Source: Laetmonice hystrix
Taxonomy: Eukaryota
Reading direction: 5' to 3'
Assembly: GCA_965235115.1 (NCBI GenBank)
Contig: OZ249436.1
Location: 45,758,001 to 45,822,000 of the forward strand
Length of the DNA: 64,000 bases
In this document: positions 27,217 to 37,900 of the stretch, piece by piece
Layout of the letters: every line of letters starts with the position of its first letter
Position numbering within the stretch: position 1 is the first letter of the stretch
Made by a program: the position numbers and the translations under genes
The notes under the pieces: model-generated
What the model saw: the letters and a program-made list of their open reading frames with translations, nothing else
What the model was told of the DNA's origin: nothing
Databases searched by the model: none

Positions 27217-27734
27217 GACTAAATATCAGACGCTTGGACTAAATATCAGACGCTTGGACTAAATATCAGACGTTTGGACTAAATATCAGACGCTTGGACT
27301 AAATATCAGACGCTTGGACTAAATATCAGACGCTTGGACTAAATATCAGACACTTGGACTAAATATCAGATGCTTGGACTAAATATCAGACGCTTGGACT
27401 AAATATCAGACGCTTGGACTAAATATCAGACGCTTGGACTAAATATCAGACGCTTGGACTAAATATCAGACGCTTGGATTAAATATCAGACGCTTGGACT
27501 AAATATCAGACGCTTGGACTAAATATCAGACGCTTGGACTAAATATCAGACGCTTGGACTAAATATCAGACGCTTGGACTAAATATCAGACGCTTGGACT
27601 AAATATCAGACGCTTGGACTAAATATCAGACGCTTGGACTAAATGTCAGACGCTTGGACTAAATATCAGACGCTTGGATTAAATATCAGACGCTTGGACT
27701 AAATGTCAGACGCTTGGACTAAATATCAGACTAA
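27217..27734. repeat. 20-bp minisatellite, about 25 copies
   Basis: Unit ggactaaatatcagacgctt. Confidence 0.97.
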
Positions 27735-28603
27735 AGATCACATTGAAAGTATGTAAATTACAATGACGCCAAATTATTACCACAAGAATATCACAATATA
27801 TTCCCACCATCGGATCCAGCATGAGACACCATTTCAGACCATCACGAACGAGAGATGCCATCCTGACAGTGACCTTTGCTTGTCGTCGGGTAGGATGAGG
27901 GCCTGGAAGGCACTATACATGTAACTCTTCCCCTTCCCCTCATTCTGAATGCAGATTTTTATTTGCAGCACTGCGGGAATTTAATCTATGGGCATCTCTG
28001 GCCCCGGGATGTAACTTATGTCAACAGGGAAGGGGGTGTATGGGTTAGCGGGGGGGGGGGGGGGGGGGGTATCGTAGGGGCGGGGAGGGGGGCGTGGAGG
28101 TTGTCAAAGATACTGCATGGTGTATGTCAAAGAGTTGGGCGTTCATTGTGGCTTAGTGAACCGGACTGCTGTTCGACTTTTTCACTGTCTAAAGAAGAGC
28201 TGGTGATGTCGGGATGTACAGGGTATATCTGTCTTCTTTTTATATGTATTATGATTGGGTGTAGTGGTAGAGTTTCTGGTACATTGACGCCCTTATTATA
28301 ATTGTCAAACACCGTGTCTGAGTCATGATGGATGAATATTGTACATCACGGCAGTAAGGTAAGACCATCGTCATTGCGAGAATCACGTATACAGGACAAA
28401 GAAATCTGAGGTGATCAACTTTCTTCCTGTCAATGTTGATAACGTTACTGGGTGTACTTTGACCCGGCCCTGTGAGCTGGTCTGTAATACTGCCGCTGGT
28501 TAATCAAGGGGTTCACCCAGAGCAGCCATTTTGAACATAGGCCTATATTATGTACAAAATTCGCCCAGTCCAGTGATTTTGGAGAAACTTGTTATTTTTA
28601 CAG

Positions 28604-28779
28604 ACGTTGAACCAAAAGGTCATGACCAAGACGTATCGACAACGTACCGAGCACTCAGCGTTCTCTGCCGCAGCGAAGATATCTCGAAATATGATTGGTT
28701 TATTATATCACGTGACGACGTCTACGTCAACGTTAGAAGTTTACGCCGTCATTTAGAGTCGTTGGACAGTAAGAAACGC
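28604..28779 (+). CDS. Gene C coding exon 2
   Basis: Acceptor ttatttttacag. Encodes ...KYDWFIISRDDVYVNVRSLRRHLESLDS (GT31 W-F-x-x-x-x-DDVYV motif). Donor CGC|gtacgt, phase 0. Confidence 0.85.
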
Positions 28780-29005
28780 GTACGTTAATATTCTCCTTTG
28801 TAAACCCGTTCTGTATGCCTACATGATTTCTACATGGCCTAGCTGCTGGCGTCCGGGGGGGGGGGTAGGAGTTAGAATAACCAACATAAAAAAGAGAAAA
28901 TTACGTACAAAGTCCTTGGTAATATTTCATTACATTAGATCAATAAACTATCTGTGTTAGCAGGAAAGTTTTCAGTTTGCATGTTCTAGATCAGGTTACA
29001 CGGAG

Positions 29006-29077
29006 TCCTCGATAGTATAGTGGTTAGTATCCCCGCCTGTCACGCGGGAGACCGGGGTTCAATTCCCCGTCGGGGAG
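29006..29077 (+). tRNA. trnD-GTC: tRNA-Asp(GTC), intronic in gene C intron 2
   Basis: TCCTCGATAGTATAGTGGTTAGTATCCCCGCCTGTCACGCGGGAGACCGGGGTTCAATTCCCCGTCGGGGAG is a canonical metazoan tRNA-Asp with a full cloverleaf and anticodon GTC; TTTT follows at about 29085. Confidence 0.97.
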
Positions 29078-29296
29078 GCTAAAATTTTCCTCATTTCCAG
29101 ACCAACAGGGAATAAAACCACAAACTTACTCACTTGTATATTTATGTACTCAAAGGTTTGAAATAAAGTTATTATATCATTATTTAACTCCTAATAAGCT
29201 CACACCCATTACTCCATGAATCATCTTGATTAGGCTACCTACCTCCCTATATAGTAATGTGACCGCACTATGTTTTCCTCTATCTATCCGTCTCAG

Positions 29297-29396
29297 GTTT
29301 TAGCTGGGCAGGCCTTGGAAGGACTACTAAGTGGTAGAAAGACCAACTTCTGCCTGTCAGCTCCAGGTATCATCGTATCGAGACCACTGTTAACAC
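29297..29396 (+). CDS. Gene C coding exon 3
   Basis: Acceptor ccgtctcag. Encodes VLAGQA...NFCLSAPGIIVSRPLLT (CHSY-like NFCMGGPGVIMSREVL). Donor AC|gtaagt, phase 1. Confidence 0.82.
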
Positions 29397-29499
29397 GTAA
29401 GTATAGGCCCACAGGCCGCGCAGAATTTCTACACACCAAATTATTGGCAAAGTTGACAGGTATGAAATCAACTTCGTATAAGAAATCGGGGAGTATTTC

Positions 29500-30557
29500 A
29501 TCAGTAGACGCCTGTTATTTCAGACGTGTGCCCGTACATCAGCAAATGTCTGACGCCTATTTTCAGACATGTGCCTATACATCAGTAGATGTCTGACACC
29601 TACATTCAGACATGATTGTGCCCGTACATCAGTAGATGTCTGACGCCTATTTTCAGACATGTGCCCGTACATCAGTAGATGTCTGACACCTACATTCAGA
29701 AATGTGCCCGTACATCAGTAGATGTCTGACGCCTATTTTCAGACATGTGCCCGTACATCAGTAGATGTCTGACGCCTATTTTCAGACATGTGCCCGTACA
29801 TCAGTAGATGTCTGACGACTATTATTTCAGACATGTGCCCGTAAATCAGTAGATGTCTGACGCCTATATTCAGACATGTGCCCGTACATCAGTAGATGTC
29901 TGACGCCTATTATTTCAGACATGTGCCCGTACATCAGTGGATGACTGACGCCTATTATTTCAGACATGTGCCCGTACATCAGTAGATGACTGACGCCTAT
30001 TATTTCAGACATGTGCCCGTACATCAGTAGATGTCTGACGCCTATATTCAGACATGTGCCCATACATCAGTAGATGTCTGACGCCTATTTTCAGACATGT
30101 GCCCGTACATCAGTAGATGTTTGACGCCTATATTCAGACATGTGCCCGTACATCAGTAGATGTCTGACGCCTATTTTCAGACATGTGCCCGTACATCAGT
30201 AGATGTCTGACGCCTATTTTCAGACATGTGCCCGTACATCAGTAGATGTCTGACGCCTATTTTCAGACATGTGCCCGTACATCAGTAGATGTCTGACGCC
30301 TATTTTCAGACATGTGCCCGTACATCAGTAGATGTCTGACGCCTATATTCAGACATGTGCCCGTACATCAGTAGATGTCTGACGCCTATTTTCAGACATG
30401 TGCCCGTACATCAGTAGATGTCTGACGCCTATATTCAGACATGTGCCCGTACATCAGTAGATGTCTGACGCCTATATTCAGACATGTGCCCGTACATCAG
30501 TAGATGTCTGACGCCTATTTTCAGACATGTGCCCGTACATCAGTAGATGTCTGACGC
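29500..30557 (+). repeat. 43-bp minisatellite (some 45-bp units), about 24 copies, made of the splice acceptor and first codons of gene C exon 4
   Basis: Unit ctattttcag|acatgtgcccgtacatcagtagatgtctgacgc; the last copy runs directly into exon 4. Confidence 0.95.
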
Positions 30558-30640
30558 TGGTCGATGTCTTTGACCCTGATGCCGGCCTATCGTCCTGTTT
30601 TATCGTGTATGGAGGGCCACGTTGTGTACCTCTACCAAAG
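30525..30640 (+). CDS. Gene C coding exon 4
   Basis: Acceptor tattttcag, the last copy of the 43-bp repeat. Encodes HMCPYISRCLTLVDVFDPDAGLSSCFIVYGGPRCVPLPK, collinear with gene B LCPVIAQC...FARCLHYVGGIQCVSSAE. Donor AAG|gtagga, phase 0. Confidence 0.8.
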
Positions 30641-31156
30641 GTAGGACCGTATTTTTCTTCTTTAGGCAGCGTCTGTGAAGAAGATACTTATAAGATATCT
30701 ATATTTGCATGGAAATGTTATTTGATATTGTCAATTTACTAATTAAAAACTAGAATCCGTTGGGTTAGATCTATATTATATCGACTTCCTCCTCAGGCAT
30801 GAGCAGCATACATAAGACATGGCGCGGGTATTGGTATTCATGTTGACATCGGAGACAGGCTTTCTAATCCCCCCCCGGGGGGTGGGGTGTTAGGGGCACA
30901 CTAAGGGGGCTAAGCCTCACTACATTGTGAAATGTCAACCTCGTGATAGAACAAACAAAAACTTGTGTTTTTATACCACCGCCCGTCTGTGTACAGTTTG
31001 AGAGGGTTCAAATATTGGCGTTCCTATCTTACAAGCGAGTCTCCCTTCTTATTTTCCCCAGTACGTTATATTTTGGTTCTACAATTAAGGTATAAACAGA
31101 ATTCAGTCTCAGTGTTACCACTATTTCTTACAAAGAGGGTTTCTCTTTAATTCCAG

Positions 31157-31345
31157 CGGTCCTTTTACGAACTAGAGAGCAAGGACCTTGTTGACGTACT
31201 GCGTCCTGAATACCGTCACCATGGACACGGAATCGTCATGTCCTCCTATGATGACGTCATTTCAGTCTATCCTGTCCCCAAATCGTGGATGATGAGGGAT
31301 ATACATTACGAATTCATGATCAGTATTTTCAGATCAAAGGGGAAG
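31157..31345 (+). CDS. Gene C coding exon 5
   Basis: Acceptor ctttaattccag. 189 nt open: RSFYELE...VISVYPVPKSWMMRDIHYEFM (family motif IT.HP....Y.LH). Donor AAG|gtacgg. Confidence 0.75.
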
Positions 31346-31587
31346 GTACGGCAGAATGCGTGAACCTGTTTATTATGTGGTCCGCCGAGTAACACTCGCT
31401 GCTATAATTATGTTGTTACAACAAATGTGCAGATCTCAAGTTAGACACGTCACATGTTTTTATCCATTCACAACCTGGGGTCTCATAAATGACCAAGCTG
31501 GGCAGACCTTTGTCCAATTTTGTATTGTCTATTCTGGTGATGGAACTATGACTCCATACATGGTAAATACATGTATATCGTTTCTAG

Positions 31588-31773
31588 GAACTGCACAGAT
31601 ACGTCGAACAGGCTCACATTCTTAGAACCCAGGTGTACGGTACCCTGAAGGTGACCTGGGGTAGAAATGCTTCCAGAGCAGACACGATACTTCACAGAGG
31701 TCAGCAGTTCCCGGGAACCTCGTGTGGGGGCGCCACCTGGATGGCTCCACCCTTTCAAATGTATTTCCGCCAT
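31588..31773 (+). CDS. Gene C coding exon 6
   Basis: Acceptor tcgtttctag. 186 nt open (ELHRYVEQAHIL...YFRH). Donor CAT|gtaagt; phase 0-0 fits both neighbours. Family similarity is weak. Confidence 0.65.
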
Positions 31774-32033
31774 GTAAGTATCTGATAGAAAAATTGTATA
31801 TCAGTGATGTTTCTGAAAAAGCTTTGAATAATCTCCACAAATTTTGTCTTGCTTATGCTCCTTTCTTAATCCCCATTTTCCAAAATGTTGGATCTGCCTC
31901 CGGCCATTGTATCCCGTATCTTGTGTCTTATATCTTATATCGTGACCTTGTAAATTAGACCCCTCAATGCCCTCTTCCAAATTGTGCACTAGACAACCAC
32001 TACTTTGTGTGTGTGTTTTGTTTTACGTTCTAG

Positions 32034-32930
32034 ACTAAAGAAGCTGTGAACTATATCCTAGAAGCTATGACGTCATCGAACCGTTCTGCGTCAGACGTCA
32101 GTGTCCGTCACATGTATACGCACCGCGGCGTTCAAGATGACGTCATGACGGTTGTAGATGTTGAGAAAGCCTCGGAGTCAGGAGAAAGGCCCAGCTTACA
32201 CAGGCTGGTCGTTAGGCAGGAAGTGTACGGGGGAAGAGTTACAAACATTAACGTTCACTCTAGAGATCTGCCAATGTGGGTGATTGTGCAAGTAGACCCC
32301 AGAAAGGAAGAAACATACCTGCGAAGATTTATGAATAAATGGAAGAAGCAACAGAAATGGAAGATGAAGTACGAAGTGAACCTACTCGTTCTTCCTGTAC
32401 TTTCTTCTCAAACAAATGAAGACAAAACATTTAATATAGCACAAAAAGTATTCCACAAGAGCCTGTATAATATAAACGGGGGAAAAAGAAACGTTGTGAT
32501 ATTTAGAAACGTCACATCAACGCCTGAAGCGGCGTTCAGGGCAGGAGTTTTATATATCAAACAACGCTACACGGAGGGTATTTTATTGTTTACATCTCTA
32601 TACCATGAATTCACAATGGATTTCCTCCGAAGGTGCCACAGTATAGCGTCGACAAAATCTGTTTATGTACCGATACCCATGACAAACCTGACGTGGAAAC
32701 ATGTTGTAAATGAGATTGAAAATCAAGAACTGATTGAGGAGGATGTTTTCTCTCACCAACACCAGGGGCCGACACTGGTCTGGCGACCTCCCGGGCCGGG
32801 CGAGGTTGTCTGCCTGCATATGAAGTCAATTGATTTCAATGTCACACGCAAGAATTTAGTCCCCAGCTATAAGGGCCGACCAATCATTGCCAAGGATCCA
32901 GGGTTGACCTTGATCGCAGACCAAGTCTAA
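32034..32930 (+). CDS. Gene C last coding exon (degenerate CHGN/GT7-like domain); full protein about 688 aa
   Basis: Acceptor ttttacgttctag, in frame with ORF 32046..32930. Motifs YTHRGVQ, ILLFTS...FTMDFLRRC....SVYVPIP, IIAKDPGL. AATAAA at 32979. Confidence 0.82.
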   Translation, partial: TKEAVNYILEAMTSSNRSASDVSVRHMYTHRGVQDDVMTVVDVEKASESGERPSLHRLVVRQEVYGGRVTNINVHSRDLPMWVIVQVDPRKEETYLRRFMNKWKKQQKWKMKYEVNLLVLPVLSSQTNEDKTFNIAQKVFHKSLYNINGGKRNVVIFRNVTSTPEAAFRAGVLYIKQRYTEGILLFTSLYHEFTMDFLRRCHSIASTKSVYVPIPMTNLTWKHVVNEIENQELIEEDVFSHQHQGPTLVWRPPGPGEVVCLHMKSIDFNVTRKNLVPSYKGRPIIAKDPGLTLIADQV

Positions 32931-33357
32931 TGTCTGCTCTTTAATTTATAGATCTAAGTGTACTGTTGCGTATAAGTTAATAAAAACTGGGCGAGGCCAC
33001 ACTCAACGTCCAGATTTACTCTCGCTGTTGTCCGAAATGCGGCAAACATTATTCCCCTTTATGAATGCTTGACATGTGCGGTAGGATTTTTCCTTTACAC
33101 CACCTGCCATACAATTTTAAAACAACAACCACAATAACCTCCCCAATGGTCCGCACTTGAAGGCTGGGATCTACAAAGTCAAAATAAAATATATTTTGTG
33201 ATTGAGCCTGCCGAGCTCATACAACCAAGTACGACATCGGGCAAAAAGAAAAAACATGAAACCATTTAAAAAATATTAAAGAAATTGTGATATGTAGGAC
33301 AATAACCATTATAGCCATAGAGGTAGAATTGTTTTCAATACTTTCCATATAATTATC

Positions 33358-33692
33358 TATGGAGCCCCGGAGGTGACATGCTGAAAATATTTTTTAATCC
33401 GTGCGCACGGATTACTAAACCGTGCGCACGGATTACTAAACCGTGCGCACGGATTACTAAACCGTGCGCACGGATTACTAAACCGTGCGCACGGATTACT
33501 AAACCGTGCGCACGGATTACTAAACCGTGCGCACGGATTACTAAACCGTGCGCACGGATTACTAAACCGTGCGCACGGATTAGTAATCCGTGGCCATGGT
33601 TTAGTAATTCGTGGCCACGGTTTAGTAATTCGTGGCCACAAATTAATAATAATAAATAATTATTTTCAGCATGTCACCTCCGCGGCTCCATA
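33358..33692. mobile_element. Non-autonomous DNA transposon with a 6-bp TSD and an internal 21-bp tandem repeat (IS3EU-like)
   Basis: TIRs tatggagccccggaggtgacatgctgaaaata / tattttcagcatgtcacctccgcggctccata; attatc duplicated at 33352-33357 and 33693-33698; internal (aaccgtgcgcacggattacta)n. Confidence 0.85.
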
Positions 33693-34419
33693 ATTATCAA
33701 TGTATGTCGCATTCTAAAGAAAAAAATAATAATAGAATAAAATGTTATAGTAATTAAAAAATATTGTACGATATGTTCTCTATCTCCTGGAGTGAGAGCA
33801 TTGGAAAAGCCGATTACACTCTCTACTGATTTAATCAGAACTAGACCTCCAGATTGCAGGCAATCAGGTATCCCGTTCCTCTATGGATGTATCTAAAAAG
33901 GCTGTGTAAGGCATAAAAGAAAGTCAACCATACCAATAATGAACGTAAGGTACCAAGAGAGAGATTACCACTAAGCCACTTGTGCACACAAATATTTCTT
34001 GGAGTCTTGCTGTAAATGAATGACCATCCTAGCAATGAACCACGCCATTAGTAGGCCTATAATATGTCATACAGGGGCTATGTCATTGCAGGCTAAAACA
34101 CCGTCTAAAACCAGTTTTGCCGCCGTCTACTTTTTTTTGAATGACAAAAAATCTTTTTAACAATGTTCTTTTTTCACTTTCCTGCACATATAGGATCCGC
34201 ACACGGCCTCAGCATGTGCCAAAACAACATGTCAGTGATGACCAATTGCCCCTCTCAGATGCCAGGATATTGCATCTGGGGGGGGGGGGATTTTTTCATT
34301 TTTTTCCTGGGGGGGGGCTCTGGGGGGGGGGGGCTCGGACCCCCCCGAATAACCTGTTTCTCTCTTCTGTACCCTGCTAACTTTCAGAGCCCTGGGCTAA
34401 AAAAAAGACGCCTAAGAGC

Positions 34420-34952
34420 AGAGAATTATGCCATAATTGTTATATATCAGTCTGCTTCCTGATTAGATGCAAAATAGACAAATTTAAAAATCACGTGACT
34501 TAGCCATGTTACATCATATGGCATCAAGGCTGTCACCAATCGAAGAATTCCACTCCGAAATAGATATACCAAATTTGGAGAAGATTCTTCAAAAACTGGG
34601 GGAGGAGACATATTTTGACTGTTTTACATTGCGACCTGTGTGTCCTATCATGTCATGTCATGGTCGTGCTACCCTCCAAGTTTTATTAAGATATCCAACA
34701 CTGAGAGGGATATTCACCTAGATTGTCTGCGGTAAAAAAATTTAAAAAAAAAAAAAATTCCGGAGTGGGATTCGAACGCAAGGCCCTTGCCATGAAATTC
34801 ATACACTCTACCACTGAGCCATCCATTCAAATGACTAAGTTTTAGACTGTTGCTGTAAATGAATGACCATAGGGGTAAAGAAGTATGTATTACATCATAC
34901 CACGGTTACGTCATGGCAGGCTTAATAAAGGAGGCCTAGTGGAAGAGAATTA
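34420..34952. mobile_element. Diverged repeat block flanking the macrosatellite; contains a tRNA-derived segment at 34765-34824 (minus strand)
   Basis: Collinear with 52017-52610 and partly with 52940-53130 (gagaattatgccat..., gcaaaatagacaaattt..., gttgctgtaaatgaat..., gcctagtggaagagaattat). Confidence 0.65.
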
Positions 34953-34980
34953 TCCCATAAACATTAGATATGACAGAGAT

Positions 34981-37900
34981 TGCACTGCCGCTTTCCGGCC
35001 AGCGGTGGAATCACCACGTACACCTGGCCGGGCTGGCAGGCACCTGTGGCCCTTAGGCGAGAGACAGGTTAAAGCAATGATAGGCGAAAAATGGCTACAT
35101 TTTTGATACGTCAAATTGAAACTACGGCCCCCGAAATTATTATTCTTAGGCCAAATGTTTAACTGTCAAGCGTATAGGTCTCGTACGTTCGCTAGAGATA
35201 TATGGTTGTGATGTGTACACTTCCCATTTGAGTATCTTCTCCAGATTTTAACATTAGATGCTCCTCGCCTGTACCTTACATTTCCACAACCTCACTGTAG
35301 TGTTTGCATGGCTACTATAGGCCAGCTGGTAAGATGTAGGGACTTCTCACTCTACTGGTTGGCCTCCCACACTGCTTGGCTCCACAGTGTACTGTTTGGC
35401 CTCACTGTACTCTTTGGCCTCACTGTAGTGTTCGTTTGGGTGCAGGCCAGCCAGTATACCTTGTAGCTATTCCTCCCCGTACTGTTTGGCCTCCCTGTAC
35501 CGTTTGCTTGTATACAAGAGTAGCCAGTAGTATAGGGACGCCTCATGTTTCAGTTTCCATGCCTTTATTGTCCAGGAGGCAGGCCATACGTTTCGTCTAT
35601 CATCTACTCCCATCTAATCTGTGTCCCCTACAGACCATCTGTAAGCGTCCGACAACGTTGTCAGGTCGTCCCAATGACTGCTTTCCGTCAAGGTTTAGTT
35701 AACAATGGCAAATGACGTTGTACGCCTATTCTATATCAGATATCCCATCCCCAACTAACAAACAAACAAACAAAGGATGATTACCCAGAGATGTTGCCGG
35801 CAGAAAACACCAGGGTGCAGCTGACGGCGCTGACTGCACTGCCGCCTTCCGGCCAGCGGTGGAATCACCACGTACACCTGGCCGCCCTGGCAGGCACCTG
35901 TGGCTCTTGGGCGAGAGACATGTTAAAGCAATGATAAGCGAAAAATGGCTACATTTTTGATACGTCAAATTGAAACTACGGCCCCCAAAATTATTATTCT
36001 TAGGCCAGATGTATAACTCTCAAGCGTATAGGTCTCGTACGTTCGCTACAGATATATGGTTGTGATGTGTACACTTCCCCTCTGAGTATCTTCTCCAGAT
36101 TTTAACATTAGATGCTCCTCGCCTGTACCTTTCATTTCCACTACCTCACTGTAGTGTTTGCATGGCTACTATAGGCCAGCTGGTAAGATGTAGGGACTTC
36201 TCACTTTACTGGTTGGCCTCCCACACTGCTTGGCTCCATATAGTGTACTGTTTGGCCTCACTGTACTCTTTGGCCTCACTGTAGTGTTCGTTTAGGTGCT
36301 AGGCCAGCCAGTATACCTTGTAGCGATTCCTCCCCGTACTGTTTGGCCTCCCTGTACCGTTTGCTTGTATACAAGATTAGCCAGTAGTATAGGGACGCCT
36401 CATGTTTCAGTTTCCATGCCTTTATTGTCCAGGAGGCAGGCCATACGTTTCGTCTATCATCTACTCCCATCTAATCTGTGTCCCCTACAGACCATCTGTA
36501 AGCGTCCGACAACGTTGTCAGGTCGTCCCAATGACTCTTTGCCGTCAAGGTTTAGGTAACAATGGCAAATGACGTTGTACGCTTATTCTATATCAGATAT
36601 CCCATCCTCAAGTAACAAACAAACAAAGGATGATTACCCAGAGATGTTGCCGGCAGAAAGCACCAGGGTGCAGCTGACGGCGCTGACGGCGCTGACGGCG
36701 CTGACGGCGCTGACTGCACTGCCGCCTTCCGGCCAGCGGTGGAATTACCACGTACACCTGGCCGCCCTGGCAGGCACCTGTGGCTCTTGGGCGAGAGACA
36801 TGTTAAAGCAATGATAAGCGAAAAATGGCTACATTTTTGATACGTCAAATTAAAACTACTGCCCCCAAAATTATTATTCTTAGGCCAGATGTATAACTGT
36901 CAAGCGTATAGGTCTCGTACGTTCGCTACAGATATATGGTTGTGATGTGCACACTTCCCATTTGAGTATCTTCTCCAGATTTTAACATTAGATGCTCCTC
37001 GCCTGTACCTTTCATTTCCACTACCTCACTGTAGTGTTTGCATGGCTACTATAGGCCAGCTGGTAAGATGTAGGGACTTCTCACTCTACTGGTTGGCCTC
37101 CCACACTGCTTGGCTCCATATAGTGTACTGTTTGGCCTCACTGTACTCTTTGGCCTCACTGTACTGTTCGTTTGGGTGCTAGGCCAGCCAGTATACCTTG
37201 TAGCGATTCCTCCCCGTACTGTTTGGCCTCCCTGTACCGTTTGCTTGTATACAAGAGTAGCCAGTAGTATAGGGACGCCTCATGTTTCAGTTTCCATGCC
37301 TTTATTGTCCAGGAGGCAGGCCATACGTTTCGTCTATCATCGACTCCCATCTAATCTGTGTCCCCTACAGACCATCTGTAAGCGTCCGACAACGTTGTCA
37401 GGTCGTCCCAATGACTGTTTGCCGTCTAGGTTTAGTTAACTATGGCAAATGACGTTGTACGCCTATTCTATATAAGATATCCCATCCCCAACTGACAAAC
37501 AAACAAACAAAGGATGATTACCCAGAGATGTTGCCGGCAGAAAACACCAGGGTGCAGATGACGGCGCTGACTGCACTGCCGCCTTCCGGCCAGCGGTGGA
37601 ATCACCACGTACACCTGGCCGCCCTGGCAGGCACCTGTGGCTCTTGGGCGAGAGACATGTTTAAGCAATGATAAGCGAAAAATGGCTACATTTTTGATAC
37701 GTCAATTTGAAACTACGGCCCCCAAAATTATTATTCTTAGGCCAGATGTATAACTCTCAAGCGTATAGGTCTCGTACGTTCGCTACAGATATATGGTTGT
37801 GATGTGTACACTTCCCCTCTGAGTATCTTCTCCAGATTTTAACATTAGATGCTCCTCGCCTGTACCTTTCATTTCCACTACCTCACTGTAGTGTTTGCAT

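Noticed and set aside
27217..27734. CRISPR-like appearance of short regular repeats here and elsewhere
   Set aside because: No unique spacers, no cas genes, eukaryotic context.
34072..34394. Possible hAT-type MITE (caggggct ... agagccctg)
   Set aside because: The termini match poorly and no 8-bp TSD is visible.
34765..34824. tRNA-like sequences here and at 52445-52505 and 52944-53003 as true tRNA genes
   Set aside because: Acceptor and anticodon stems do not pair properly; they are tRNA-derived repeat segments.
36099..36182. 84-nt open segment with acceptor and donor in each monomer (possible repeated cassette exon)
   Set aside because: The variants I could see between copies are mostly non-synonymous and no host gene is evident; probably chance.
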